Counted from the stretch's first letter, positions 19,406 to 29,900 are shown. The stretch is 64,000 nt of DNA from Pseudohongiellaceae bacterium (GCA_045565775.1 JBJLES010000008.1:177408-241407), one strand, 5' to 3'. A program made the numbers and translations. Notes: generated by a model from the sequence alone, not told the origin.

Positions 19406-19583
19406 TTTGAATGTCCTTTAGTTAGCTTCTTTTTGAGACAAGCCTGCAATCGGAGCGTGCCTAATTGAAGAAAGGCCCCTTGGCTTTCTGTTCAGCATCT
19501 GTTGCCGTAGGTTGTTTTCTGGTTGCGATTCCAGTTATGCGCTAACATTAACAGAATCAACTGATATTTTTTAGGGGAAAATA

Positions 19584-20600
19584 TTGAAAAATAGTAGAAT
19601 TGTATTTGCTAAACGGCCTTTTGGTGAGCCTGACGATGAGTGCTTTCGCTTAGAGGAGGTAGATGTGCCTCCGTTATCTGACAACCAGTTGCTAATTAAG
19701 GTGGGGTGGTTGTCGCTAGATCCATACATGCGAGGTCGAATGAATGATGTAAAGTCCTATGTCGAACCTATGCAGCTAGGGGATGTCATGACTGGTGAAT
19801 CTGCCGGCGTAGTCGTTGAGTCATCTTCTGAGCGTTTTTCCCCGGGCGATCATGTTGCGGTTCATCAGGGATGGCAGTCTTATATAGTTTGTGATGACGA
19901 CGACCCACGCTTGATGAAAATAGATCTGTCAAATGGGAGCCTGTCGGCTCACCTTGGTGTGGTGGGCATGCCGGGTAGAACAGCCTATTTTGGTTTGAAG
20001 GAAGTCGGAAAGCCTCAGGAAGGGGAAACCCTCGTCGTCGCAGCAGCATCGGGGGCCGTGGGGTCTGCAGTCGGGCAGATTGCAAAAATTCTGGGCCTGC
20101 GTGCAGTCGGAATAGCTGGAGGTCCAAAAAAATGCGCGTATGTCCGCGATGAGTTAGGCTTTGATGACTGTATTGATTATAAAGAAGAAGGGTTTACTGA
20201 AAGGCTCAGAGAGTCATGCCCAAATGGTGTAGATATTTATTTCGAAAATGTCGGTGGAAAGGTGACTAAAGCAGTGGCACCCTTACTCAATGCAGGTGCG
20301 AGGGTACCAATTTGCGGTTATATCTCAAACTATAACGATGAAGATATTACTAAGGCTGAAACACCATTTCATATATTAAAGTCTCTAGATAGTGTTCCGG
20401 AGCATCGTTTTTTTGTCGTGTTCGAATGGCAGGATAGATATGAAGAAGCAACCAAGCAGTTAGGAAATTGGGTCAAACAAGGTTCGCTGAAATACACAGA
20501 ATCCATCGGTGAAGGGCTTTCGGAGGCGCCGTCTTTGTTCAGAGGGATGCTCAAAGGGAAAAACTTCGGAAAGCAATTAGTTAAAATTGCAGACGTTTGA
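19584..20600 (+). CDS. NADP-dependent oxidoreductase, medium-chain (YncB/CurA/alkenal reductase-like)
   Basis: 338 aa with the Rossmann motif AAASGAVGSAVGQIAK and the end motif FGKQLVK typical of this MDR subfamily. Confidence 0.85.
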   Translation: MKNSRIVFAKRPFGEPDDECFRLEEVDVPPLSDNQLLIKVGWLSLDPYMRGRMNDVKSYVEPMQLGDVMTGESAGVVVESSSERFSPGDHVAVHQGWQSYIVCDDDDPRLMKIDLSNGSLSAHLGVVGMPGRTAYFGLKEVGKPQEGETLVVAAASGAVGSAVGQIAKILGLRAVGIAGGPKKCAYVRDELGFDDCIDYKEEGFTERLRESCPNGVDIYFENVGGKVTKAVAPLLNAGARVPICGYISNYNDEDITKAETPFHILKSLDSVPEHRFFVVFEWQDRYEEATKQLGNWVKQGSLKYTESIGEGLSEAPSLFRGMLKGKNFGKQLVKIADV

Positions 20601-20611
20601 GGGGCAAAATA

Positions 20612-21430
20612 TTGCGTGATAGTTTCAGAGTAGAGCATCTCTTTTCGGTGGAAGGGAAAGCTGCCTTGGTTACTGGGGGCTCCAGCGGCCTCGGTTTAAT
20701 AATGGCAAAAGGCCTTCTTCAGAACGGCGCAAAAGTTGTTATCGCATCGCGAAGTAAGAACAAGATAGATGAGGCTCTCAAAGAACTGGCAGAGCACGGA
20801 CAGGTTTTTGGATGTGCTGCTGATGTAACAGAGGCCGAAGATCGCCGTCAGCTTCTAGAGTTTGTCTCAGTCAACTTGGGTTGTTTGGATATTTTAGTAA
20901 ATAATGCAGGCTCAAACTGGGGCGCGTCACTTGAAGACTACCCCGATGACGGCTTTGAGAAAGTCATCAATACCAATTTAAATGCTGTTTTTTCGCTCAC
21001 TCGAGACGCTATTCCGCTTCTTAAGGTAGGTGTTGAAGCCGACGATCCAGCTCGAATCATTAACATAGGGTCGATGGATGGCATTCATGTCCCGATTGTC
21101 CAGAGGGTACCAACCTTCGCATATTCCGCTAGTAAGGCTGCATTGCATCACCTTACGAAAGTGATGGCAGTTGAGCTTGCCGATAAAAAGATTACTGTAA
21201 ACGCTGTGGCTCCAGGTTTTTTTGAATCCAAAATGACCGATTATGTTCTAAAGCACTATAGAGCGGATATTGAGCAGGATTGTCCGCTGGGACGGATTGG
21301 GCAAGAAGAGGAGATGGTAGGTATACTAGTGTATCTTGCTTCCCGAGCCGGATCTTATACAAACGGGGCGGTCATTCCTGTCGATGGAGGAACCAGCGTT
21401 TCGAAAGGAAAGCGTGACTGGATGCCTTAA
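20612..21430 (+). CDS. SDR-family oxidoreductase
   Basis: GKAALVTGGSSGLG cofactor motif, NNAG, and the YSASKAAL catalytic Y-x3-K. The start is placed at TTG 20612, 7 nt after GAGGGG (the ORF is open from 20597). Confidence 0.8.
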   Translation: MRDSFRVEHLFSVEGKAALVTGGSSGLGLIMAKGLLQNGAKVVIASRSKNKIDEALKELAEHGQVFGCAADVTEAEDRRQLLEFVSVNLGCLDILVNNAGSNWGASLEDYPDDGFEKVINTNLNAVFSLTRDAIPLLKVGVEADDPARIINIGSMDGIHVPIVQRVPTFAYSASKAALHHLTKVMAVELADKKITVNAVAPGFFESKMTDYVLKHYRADIEQDCPLGRIGQEEEMVGILVYLASRAGSYTNGAVIPVDGGTSVSKGKRDWMP

Positions 21431-21581
21431 CATTTTGTAGCGATGTCCTTAGGAGGCTTTTCCTTCTGAGGTGCTTGGTAATTTGACTTATCTCTTATTA
21501 TGCATTTTTTTCAATCTCAATCTGGGGTATGGATGAAAAGAACTCTCTATAAATTAGACTACCGAATATGCAGGAGCGGGA

Positions 21582-22346
21582 ATGAGTTTATTTGATCTGC
21601 AAGGAAAGGTTGCCTTGGTAACAGGGTCCACTAAGGGTATTGGTAAAGCAATTGTGTCTCGTATGGCTGAGCAGGGAGCACAAGTTGTCGTTTCGAGTCG
21701 AAATCAGGAGCTTTGTGATGAAGTGGCAGGAGAGATCAATGCGGCTGGAGGAACGGCTATTGGGATTGCTTGCAATATTAATTACAAAGAGCAGCTGGAA
21801 AACCTGGTGAAGCAGACGGAGATAAAATTGGGGAGCATCGACATTTTAGTCTGCAATGCCGCTATAAACCCTTATTTTGGTCCGTCTCAAGAAATCTCAG
21901 ACAGTGCTTTTGATAAAGTGATGCACGCAAACATAGGAAGTGTTCATAAATTGTGTCAGCTTGTTATCCCCTCAATGGCGGGAAATGGTGGGGGTTCAGT
22001 TATCATTGTATCTTCGATTGGGGGCTTAAAAGGATCAGATGCATTGGGGGCTTATGCGATTTCTAAGGCGGCAGATATGCAAATAGCCCGAAATCTCGCG
22101 GTGGAGTGGGGGCCTAAGAATGTTCGCATAAATTGTATAGCCCCTGGGTTAGTGCGAACAGATTTTGCTCGAGCTCTCTGGGAAAATCCAGAGATATACG
22201 CTGCCACAGTTTCAAAGTATCCATTAAGAAGGATAGGAGAACCGGACGAAATTGCAGGCACTGCAGTTTTGTTGGCATCTAATGCAGGTAGCTTTACGAC
22301 CGGGCAAACTATAGTAATTGATGGTGGTGGTACAATAGCTGGATAA
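21582..22346 (+). CDS. SDR-family oxidoreductase
   Basis: GKVALVTGSTKGIG, NAA and YAISKAA motifs, 254 aa. Confidence 0.88.
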   Translation: MSLFDLQGKVALVTGSTKGIGKAIVSRMAEQGAQVVVSSRNQELCDEVAGEINAAGGTAIGIACNINYKEQLENLVKQTEIKLGSIDILVCNAAINPYFGPSQEISDSAFDKVMHANIGSVHKLCQLVIPSMAGNGGGSVIIVSSIGGLKGSDALGAYAISKAADMQIARNLAVEWGPKNVRINCIAPGLVRTDFARALWENPEIYAATVSKYPLRRIGEPDEIAGTAVLLASNAGSFTTGQTIVIDGGGTIAG

Positions 22347-22378
22347 GAGATTTTAGCTTTAATTAAGTAGAGGTAGTT

Positions 22379-23593
22379 ATGGATCTGAGTTTGTCAGAAG
22401 AATTATTGGAAGTTAGTGGAAAGATTAAAGACTTCGTGTTTCACAAAGTAGAACCACTAGAGCCGGAATATCATGCTGAGGTAGGTGTCGGTGACAGATG
22501 GTCTCATACGGAGAGGCAGGATGAGATCTTGGGTAGTCTTAAAGAGGAGGCGAGGAAACAAGGCCTTTGGAACTTCTTCTTGCCTGAGAGTCAGGGTGGT
22601 GCTGGTATTTCAAATCTTGAATATGCCCATTTGGCTGAGATCATGGGGCGCAGTCGACTTGCTTCTGAGTCGTTTAATTGTAGTGCACCAGATACAGGGA
22701 ATATGGAAGTTTTAGAGAGATATGGCTCTGAGGAACACAAAAAACTATGGCTAGAGCCATTGTTAGCTGGAGAAATTAGATCTGCTTTCGCGATGACAGA
22801 ACCGTCTGTTGCATCCTCTGATGCTACGAATATTTCTACAAGAGCAGTATTAGATGGAGATGAATGGGTAATCAGTGGAGAAAAGTTCTATATATCGGGC
22901 GCGGGTGATGCAAGATGTAAAATTATGATTGTGATGGTAGTCACAGATCCAGATGCGCCGAAGCATACAAGACAGTCGCAAATACTAGTCCCAATGGATG
23001 CGGAGGGTGTTGAGGTTGTCCGACCCATGACGGTGTTTGGCAAGGATGATGCTCCTCATGGTCATATGCATATTAAATTCCACAATGTTCGAGTTCCAGA
23101 GAGTAATATTATTCTTGGGCGTGGGCGAGGTTTTGAAATTTCACAGGGTCGTCTAGGTCCTGGAAGAATTCATCACTGTATGCGTTCCATTGGGGCCGCT
23201 GAGAAGGCTCTTGATTTAATGTGCCAGCGTGCAGTGAGTCGAGAAGCGTTTGGAAAGCCTTTGGCAGAGCTGGGCGGTAACTATGATGTAATCGCAGATA
23301 GTCGGATAGAAATAGAGATGTGTCGCTTGCTTACTTTGAAGGCGGCATGGCTTATGGACACCATCGGCAACAAGGCGGCAAGGGATGCTATATCTCAGAT
23401 TAAGGTAGCAGTTCCCAATATGGCGCTGAGAGTAATAGATCGCGCGATCCAGATGCATGGGGCTGCCGGTGTATCACAAGACTTCCCCCTTGCTGCTCTA
23501 TGGACTAGTCAACGCACACTAAGACTCGCTGACGGACCAGATGAGGTTCATCGAAGAGTGATCGCCAGAAAAGAGCTCGCCAAATATAAGTAG
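22379..23593 (+). CDS. Acyl-CoA dehydrogenase (FadE2/ACAD10-11-like)
   Basis: 404 aa with the ACAD fold ([18 protein letters not shown]) and the C-terminal [19 protein letters not shown] typical of this subgroup. Confidence 0.88.
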   Translation: MDLSLSEELLEVSGKIKDFVFHKVEPLEPEYHAEVGVGDRWSHTERQDEILGSLKEEARKQGLWNFFLPESQGGAGISNLEYAHLAEIMGRSRLASESFNCSAPDTGNMEVLERYGSEEHKKLWLEPLLAGEIRSAFAMTEPSVASSDATNISTRAVLDGDEWVISGEKFYISGAGDARCKIMIVMVVTDPDAPKHTRQSQILVPMDAEGVEVVRPMTVFGKDDAPHGHMHIKFHNVRVPESNIILGRGRGFEISQGRLGPGRIHHCMRSIGAAEKALDLMCQRAVSREAFGKPLAELGGNYDVIADSRIEIEMCRLLTLKAAWLMDTIGNKAARDAISQIKVAVPNMALRVIDRAIQMHGAAGVSQDFPLAALWTSQRTLRLADGPDEVHRRVIARKELAKYK

Positions 23594-23610
23594 AATTGGC
23601 ACCTAATTTT

Positions 23611-23640
23611 AAATGGGAGGCTTAACCTCCCATTTTTATT
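23611..23640 (+). terminator. Rho-independent terminator after the acyl-CoA dehydrogenase gene
   Basis: A perfect 10-bp stem AAATGGGAGG / CCTCCCATTT with the 5-nt loop CTTAA, followed by TTATT. Confidence 0.7.
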
Positions 23641-23661
23641 GAAGGCCGTAATCAATTAACT

Positions 23662-24510
23662 GTGAACTTACCATCTAACGTAAGTGTAGTTATCCCCACT
23701 TTTAACAGGGGTCATACCTTAAATAGAGCTATTGACTCTGTCTTGGGGCAAACTCTGTTGCCTTCAGAGATCATTGTTATTGATGACGGTTCGACAGACG
23801 GTACAGAAGAGCTAATCTCTAAAGAATACTCAAGTGTTTCCTATATAAAAACAAACAATAGAGGAGTGAGCGCAGCCAGAAATCTTGGTATGAAGGCAGC
23901 AAAAAGTGACTGGTTTGCATTTTTGGACTCCGATGATCAATGGTTGCCTCATAAGTTAGAGAAGCAGTTTGAATGTTTGTCGTGCAGCGGTGACTTCAGG
24001 CTCGTTCATTGTGATGAGCTTTGGATTCGAAAAGGTAAAAGGGTGAACCCAAAAGCTAAGCATCAAAAACAAGGGGGGTATATTTTTGAGCAATGCCTGT
24101 CAATGTGCGCTATTTCTCCATCGGCATCCCTAGTTCATCGAACCTTGTTCGATGAACTAGGTGGCTTTGATGAAACTTTGCAGGCATGTGAGGATTATGA
24201 CCTCTGGCTTAGGATTTGCGCTGTCTATCCGGTGCTGTATGTTGATGAGCCCTTACTTATCAAATTTGGCGGCCATGAAGATCAGTTATCTCAAAAATTC
24301 TGGGGAATGGACCGTTTCAGAGTCGAAGCATTGCGCAAGATTCTGCGAACTCAAAATTTAACTGAGTCTCAGAGGTTGAAAGCAAGCTCTAAGCTCATAG
24401 AAAAATGCTCTGTTTTAATAGGGGGTGCAAAGAAGAGAGGTAATGTTCAAATGGTAAGAAAATATCAAAATTTGATTGATAAATATCAATGGCGTGCGGA
24501 TGAGCAATAA
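23662..24510 (+). CDS. Glycosyltransferase family 2
   Basis: VSVVIPTFNRGHTL, IIVIDDGSTDGT and LDSDD motifs typical of GT-A/GT2 enzymes. Confidence 0.85.
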   Translation: MNLPSNVSVVIPTFNRGHTLNRAIDSVLGQTLLPSEIIVIDDGSTDGTEELISKEYSSVSYIKTNNRGVSAARNLGMKAAKSDWFAFLDSDDQWLPHKLEKQFECLSCSGDFRLVHCDELWIRKGKRVNPKAKHQKQGGYIFEQCLSMCAISPSASLVHRTLFDELGGFDETLQACEDYDLWLRICAVYPVLYVDEPLLIKFGGHEDQLSQKFWGMDRFRVEALRKILRTQNLTESQRLKASSKLIEKCSVLIGGAKKRGNVQMVRKYQNLIDKYQWRADEQ

Positions 24511-25330
24511 TCTCAGTTTCAATATCAATTTGATTGTTGCCCATAAGTTGGAGGCGACACCTCTTATTAGGCACTTCAAATTGAGAGCATTGACGCAAAG
24601 ACCCTATCAGGTTTTCACAAATGGCCAAGGGCTGCGACTTATAATTAGTGGAATGGGAGTTAGAAATACGGTCTCTGCAGTAAAATATATTTCGGAATAT
24701 CAGAGTTGCGAGCCATATTTGAAGGAAGGTTGGGTTAATGCGGGAATAGCGGGGCATAAAACTGCTGATTTAGGCATCTGTTTTTTAGCAAATAAAATTT
24801 TGCATCAAGAGACAGGAGAAGTTTACTACCCTTCGTTGCATATGGGTATAAAGAGCACTGAAATGCTGATCACTGTAGATAAACCAGAAAGATCATATGC
24901 TCAGGAAGCTGCTTACGATATGGAAGCCGCCGGTTTCTTCAAATCTGCGGCAGAGTGTTCAGAGATTGAATTAATTAGTACGGTAAAGGTAGTTTCAGAC
25001 AATGAGTCTAACTCAATCGATGCGATTACTGAGGGGCTTATTAATGATCTGATGCTGGAAACTATTGATTTTTTGGAATCTGTTATAGATGAGTTTAAAG
25101 AGAGACTGAACACGCTCAATCGAATCCTTATTCTAGAACAAGATTGCATGGATTTAACCAGGAATCTCCACTTCTCAGTTTCTCAGCATCATCAATTTAG
25201 AAAATACTGCCAGCGTTACCATGCGCTAGGAAAAGAAGATGAATTAGACGCTATCCTAAGAATTAAGCAGAATTCAGCAAGAGTGTTGCTACATAAATTG
25301 TCAGACGCATTAGTAATACAGGATCATTAA
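24500..25330 (+). CDS. Nucleoside phosphorylase/nucleosidase-superfamily protein (PNP_UDP_1-like)
   Basis: The N-terminal beta-alpha pattern LIVAHKLEA...LIISGMGVRN...NAGIAGH resembles the MTA/SAH nucleosidase and HpnG-type phosphorylase folds. The ATG at 24500 overlaps the GT2 stop by 11 nt. Confidence 0.5.
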   Translation: MSNNLSFNINLIVAHKLEATPLIRHFKLRALTQRPYQVFTNGQGLRLIISGMGVRNTVSAVKYISEYQSCEPYLKEGWVNAGIAGHKTADLGICFLANKILHQETGEVYYPSLHMGIKSTEMLITVDKPERSYAQEAAYDMEAAGFFKSAAECSEIELISTVKVVSDNESNSIDAITEGLINDLMLETIDFLESVIDEFKERLNTLNRILILEQDCMDLTRNLHFSVSQHHQFRKYCQRYHALGKEDELDAILRIKQNSARVLLHKLSDALVIQDH

Positions 25331-26314
25331 TTGTTTTCGGCTATATACATTGAAGAAGAAGTTCGTGACTGGCATCGAGTTCAAGAAATTATCCAACCTT
25401 TCGCCGATACGCCAAAGATAATCTGTGAACGTTATGGTGAGATTTTTAACAACACTAATCAGAACTTTAGGATTCAAAAGAAAGCGCCGGCATTGATACT
25501 CGCAAAAAAATACGGAAATTTAGTCTTGCCGTCACCTAGTGGCTACGGCTTTGAAGGAGGCAAAAGTTTCTACTTCTCGCACATGCTTAATTGTATCTAT
25601 GACTGTCGCTATTGCTTCCTTCAAGGGATGTATCGTTCCGCTAATTACGTACTCTTTGTCAATTATGATGATTTTGAGTCTCAAATTATTGAAAACATTC
25701 GCTCGCAAGATGGGAGCTCAATCTACTATAGCGGTTATGACTGCGATAGCTTGGCGCTTGAGCCTGTTAGTCAGTTCTGTGAGCACTTCTTACATGTATT
25801 TGAGATGCATCCTGAAGCTATTCTGGAAATCAGAACAAAAAGCACCCAGGTTCGTTGCTTGTTAGACAGAGCTCCTATTCCGAATTGTATTATAGCGATG
25901 AGTTTTTCGTCACAAGAATCAACGCAACGTTTCGAGCATAAGGTGCCTGCCATTAAAAAACGTATACAGACATTAAAAAAACTACAGGGAATGGGTTGGC
26001 AAATAGCAATTAGATTTGAGCCGATTATTTTTGAGGAAAGGTTAACTGAAAATTACAGACTTTTATTTGAAGAAATATTTCATTCCTTGGACGTCAGTCT
26101 CTTGCACTCTGTTAGCCTTGGAGAATTTCGGATGCCCAAAACCTATTACAAAAATATAGTTAAGCTATACCCTGATGAGCAATTGTTTGGACGTGAAACT
26201 AAGATGGTAGAGGGTATGATATCACTGAAAGATACTGATGCTGATTCATTGCAGAAACTTGAAGGCATCTTGCTAGAATATGTGAGTAACGACAAATATT
26301 ATCTTTGTGGTTGA
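25331..26314 (+). CDS. Radical SAM protein of the spore-photoproduct-lyase (SPL/COG1533) family
   Basis: The C-x3-C-x2-C cluster CIYDCRYCFLQGMY is the SPL-family form of the radical SAM motif. The TTG start directly abuts the preceding stop codon. Confidence 0.72.
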   Translation: MFSAIYIEEEVRDWHRVQEIIQPFADTPKIICERYGEIFNNTNQNFRIQKKAPALILAKKYGNLVLPSPSGYGFEGGKSFYFSHMLNCIYDCRYCFLQGMYRSANYVLFVNYDDFESQIIENIRSQDGSSIYYSGYDCDSLALEPVSQFCEHFLHVFEMHPEAILEIRTKSTQVRCLLDRAPIPNCIIAMSFSSQESTQRFEHKVPAIKKRIQTLKKLQGMGWQIAIRFEPIIFEERLTENYRLLFEEIFHSLDVSLLHSVSLGEFRMPKTYYKNIVKLYPDEQLFGRETKMVEGMISLKDTDADSLQKLEGILLEYVSNDKYYLCG

Positions 26315-26339
26315 GTATTGCGTCTCATTAGAGGGTTAT

Positions 26340-27068
26340 ATGATGAGTAATTGTACAGGTGGGATGGTTATCCTTACTGGGGCTTCCTCAGGAATAGGGT
26401 TAGCGATGACTAAAGCATTGTTGAGTAATGGCTATTCCGTTACCGGCATAGCGAGATCATTCGATGCTGGTGTCATAAATTCTGAGAACTTTGAGGCGGT
26501 GACTTTAGACCTTTCCGAGCTAGATTTATTATCGAAAAGGTTGGGAGAAATAATTTCTGAAATCTCTATACCTATCAGAGCTGTAGTACATAACGCAGGG
26601 GTCGGGAAATTTGCGTCTGTTGAGCAGCTTTCGGTTCCAGATATGAAGTTGGTAATGGAAACCAACTTTTTGAGTCATGCGATCGTAACTAAGGTCTTAC
26701 TCCCGATTCTTAAGCGCCAAGATACACTAGCTGACATCGTGTTCATGGGGTCTGAATCATCTATCAATGGTTCTCGTTATGGGAGTATATATTGCGCCAG
26801 TAAATTTGCGGTTCGCGGTTTTGCGCAGTCGCTGAGAGAGGAGTGCGCCAAAACGCCAATCCGGGTTTCCATCTTGAACCCCGGTGCGGTGCGAACCCCC
26901 TTTTTTGAGGATCTTCATTTTGAGCCGGGACCCGCCTCAGGGAATGCTATTCAGCCTGAGGATGTTGCAGAAGTTTTGTTGACGGTTTTAGAAGCTCGCC
27001 CAGGTACAGTAATTGACGAGGTTAATCTTTCGCCACAGACCAAAGTATGGGGCCGCAAACCTAATTAG
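26340..27068 (+). CDS. SDR-family oxidoreductase
   Basis: VILTGASSGIGLA, HNAG and YCASKFAV motifs. The ATG at 26340 is 4 nt after GAGGG (the ORF is open from 26307 and overlaps the previous gene). Confidence 0.85.
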   Translation: MMSNCTGGMVILTGASSGIGLAMTKALLSNGYSVTGIARSFDAGVINSENFEAVTLDLSELDLLSKRLGEIISEISIPIRAVVHNAGVGKFASVEQLSVPDMKLVMETNFLSHAIVTKVLLPILKRQDTLADIVFMGSESSINGSRYGSIYCASKFAVRGFAQSLREECAKTPIRVSILNPGAVRTPFFEDLHFEPGPASGNAIQPEDVAEVLLTVLEARPGTVIDEVNLSPQTKVWGRKPN

Positions 27069-27155
27069 TGCGACTAATTGTCGCAGAGTGAGCATTCTTC
27101 GCGGTAAAGCTGAGATAATCAGTATCTGATAGAGTTTCTTTATGGAGGGATACCC

Positions 27156-27527
27156 ATGAACTTGCCAAGGTTTATCGTAAGAACGTTTTTTTGTATTGTG
27201 TTTTCATTACCGGCGTTAGTGTCCGCGCATACTGCACTCAAGGAGTCTTCACCGGAGGATGGTGTAACTATTACATCGATACCAAGTGACTTGGATTTGG
27301 TTTTCAACGCGGATGTGCGGTTAATCAAACTTGAGTTGATGGGGGTTGGACATGAAATGCCGACCAACTTTGAGCCGTCAAGCACGGCTGTGAGCACCTA
27401 CAAAATTGAGACCCCGGGCATGCATCCTGGAGAGTTTACTGTAAATTGGGCTGCGATTGGCGCTGATGGTCATACTGTGACAAATTCTTTTAGCTTTGTG
27501 ATTGATACTGACGCCGCCTCCGACTGA
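27156..27527 (+). CDS. copC: Copper resistance protein C
   Basis: Signal peptide ending ALVSA. The mature N-terminus HTALKESSPEDG and an Ig-like CopC domain (VRLIKLEL...GEFTVNWAAIGADGH) follow. Confidence 0.85.
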   Translation: MNLPRFIVRTFFCIVFSLPALVSAHTALKESSPEDGVTITSIPSDLDLVFNADVRLIKLELMGVGHEMPTNFEPSSTAVSTYKIETPGMHPGEFTVNWAAIGADGHTVTNSFSFVIDTDAASD

Positions 27528-27588
27528 AAGATTGAAACTGACGGGACAGCAATTAGCATCAATCAGCTTTTGAGGGGCCAGTGTATAG

Positions 27589-28506
27589 ATGTTAATGGTC
27601 CCATCTACTTGGGAGTTTCTCAGCCTGGCTTGCAAGCTTCTTACCTATCTTGGAGCTGCTAGCTTATTAGGTGCTGTATTTTGTATATGGCTATTTAAGA
27701 ACGAAACCAGGCAGGTAACGCACAACATTTTAACTTACATGACCGTTGGAGCATTTTTAGGTTTTCAAGGGGCATTGTTTGGATTTCTGGTACAGATTGG
27801 GATGGTTGTCAACAACGGTCCAATCGGAATGTTTGACAGGGGAATCGGTTCGATTTATCTCGATTCCCCATTAGGTGATACCACATTCTTTCAACTCAGT
27901 GGTTTTGCCCTAACGTTTATCTTAGGTTTAACCTACGCTAATAAAATTCAACGAATTACCAGCCCCCCGAGATTAGATTATTTCCGATTTTTCAATACTG
28001 GCTGTATTTTGGCCTTTCTTCTTTTAATTTTTAGTTTTCGGTTTTCAGGGCATATTTCTATACTAAGTGTCACCTCTAAACTGTCAATCGCGGCACATTA
28101 TTCGGCTTTTGCGGCGTGGATTGGGTCTCTTTATCCGCTGTACTGTTTGTCTTTTTCAGAAAATCTTGAATACATTCAAGATCGGGTCAAGAAGTTTGGA
28201 GACAGTGCTGTAGCACTCGTAGCTGTGCTTATCGTTGCAGGAGGGCTGATGGTAATTGAATTATTTGATTCAATTGCGGAGGCGTTTTCAACTAAGTATG
28301 GGCAGATTTTTCTAATCAAGTTGTCTCTGGTGGTGCTTATTTTAGCTATTGCGGCGATAAATAGGCTAAGACTAACTCCGAGACTTGTTTCTAAAAGTGG
28401 GGTTGTATTATTCCGGCAATCGCTCAAAGTAGAAATTCTTGTAGCGCTGCTTATTCTGAGTATTACGACGTATTTCTCTACAATTGTCGGTCCACCAGAA
28501 CACTAG
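27589..28506 (+). CDS. copD: Copper resistance protein D
   Basis: A 305 aa polytopic protein downstream of copC, with the CopD-type helix KLSLVVLILAIAAINRLRLTP. Confidence 0.78.
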   Translation: MLMVPSTWEFLSLACKLLTYLGAASLLGAVFCIWLFKNETRQVTHNILTYMTVGAFLGFQGALFGFLVQIGMVVNNGPIGMFDRGIGSIYLDSPLGDTTFFQLSGFALTFILGLTYANKIQRITSPPRLDYFRFFNTGCILAFLLLIFSFRFSGHISILSVTSKLSIAAHYSAFAAWIGSLYPLYCLSFSENLEYIQDRVKKFGDSAVALVAVLIVAGGLMVIELFDSIAEAFSTKYGQIFLIKLSLVVLILAIAAINRLRLTPRLVSKSGVVLFRQSLKVEILVALLILSITTYFSTIVGPPEH

Positions 28507-28618
28507 AGAGTTAATTGGTTTGGACTAGCCTGTTGAGCGAATAATAAACTAAAAAGAGTTCTTTGTTGGCCGAAGTAATCTATGGTGTCAAGCAAAACGC
28601 GATGGAGTAAAAAAATAA

Positions 28619-29890
28619 ATGGTTTCTAATTCCGGCTGCGTAAATATTAGAATTGCCGGCATCTTAGTGGGCATACTAACTGTAATGATAAAAATTAAAA
28701 ATTCTGCCGTGAGCTATAAGTTAAAGCGCCAATGTATGATGGGATATTTAACTGACTTTAAGTACTTAATCGCGCTATTAACGTTTGGATTAATATCTTC
28801 TAACTCTTTTAGTGATGACGACTCCTCCTCCGGAGAAGTAGGCCCTGATTACAATGAATTTATCTATTGGCTGAAAAGAGCATCTGACGAGAAAGAAATC
28901 CCTGGCGCGGCCTTGGCGATTGTTTCGAGAGAGGAAATAATATATCTGCAAACCTGGGGCTTACGAGAGGTTGGAGCATCGGAACTTGTAGGGCCTGAAT
29001 CAGTGTTTAGAATTGCTTCTATGTCGAAGACTTTCGCGGGCACATCAGCTGCTATGCTTGTTGATCGCGATTTGCAATCCTGGGATGCGAAGTTAACTGA
29101 TATCTTTCCTAACTTGCGCCTGGGAAATAGAACAACGTCACGAAATATAACACTTAAACACTTGGCAAGTCAGTCAACGGGTCTGATGCCCCATTCTTAT
29201 TCTAATATGTTAGATGACGGTGTAATTTATGACAAAATAAGGCAAAAATTTCACGAAATTCCCACCGTTTGTGCTCCTGGAAAATGTTACGGCTATCAGA
29301 ATGTGGTTTTCTCTCTTATTGCAGACGTTGTTGAAGAGAGTGCCGGATTGAGTTACGAGAGATTTCTTGAGGAAGAAATTTTCAAACCTTTGGGAATGAC
29401 GACAGCTTCGGTAGGGTTGAATGCCTTTGAGAGTGATTCTAATGCCACTGCTCCCCACCGACTGATTAGAGGTAGTTGGCGATCAACGACGACTAATCCA
29501 GCGTACTATAGCGTTGCGCCTGCGTCCGGTATAAATGCGAGTATCTTAGACATGGCTATTTGGGTGAGAGCCAATTTAGGGGCATTTCCTGAAGTCATGT
29601 CGCCGAATTTTTTAGCAGCTGTTCATCAGCCAGTAATTGCGACTTCTCATGGAAATTATTTCAATCGTTGGCAGAACTTGGATAATGCGCATTATGGAAT
29701 AGGCTGGCGGATCTTTGACTATAACGATTTGCGTGTTGTACACCATGGTGGGGGCGTGAGAGGTTTTCGAAGCGAAATGGCTTTTGTTCCAGAACGTAAT
29801 GTTGGTATGGTGCTTCTATTCAATGCGGGCTCTAACTTAGCCAATGACATCGTTCCAGCGTTTTTGGATAAACTAGATAAACCAAGATAA
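28619..29890 (+). CDS. Serine hydrolase, beta-lactamase/PBP4*-like family
   Basis: S-x-x-K active-site motif ASMSKTF. The probable true start is near 28736 (MMGYLTDFKYLIALLTFGLISS signal). Confidence 0.82.
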   Translation: MVSNSGCVNIRIAGILVGILTVMIKIKNSAVSYKLKRQCMMGYLTDFKYLIALLTFGLISSNSFSDDDSSSGEVGPDYNEFIYWLKRASDEKEIPGAALAIVSREEIIYLQTWGLREVGASELVGPESVFRIASMSKTFAGTSAAMLVDRDLQSWDAKLTDIFPNLRLGNRTTSRNITLKHLASQSTGLMPHSYSNMLDDGVIYDKIRQKFHEIPTVCAPGKCYGYQNVVFSLIADVVEESAGLSYERFLEEEIFKPLGMTTASVGLNAFESDSNATAPHRLIRGSWRSTTTNPAYYSVAPASGINASILDMAIWVRANLGAFPEVMSPNFLAAVHQPVIATSHGNYFNRWQNLDNAHYGIGWRIFDYNDLRVVHHGGGVRGFRSEMAFVPERNVGMVLLFNAGSNLANDIVPAFLDKLDKPR

Positions 29891-29900
29891 ATTACGGGAA

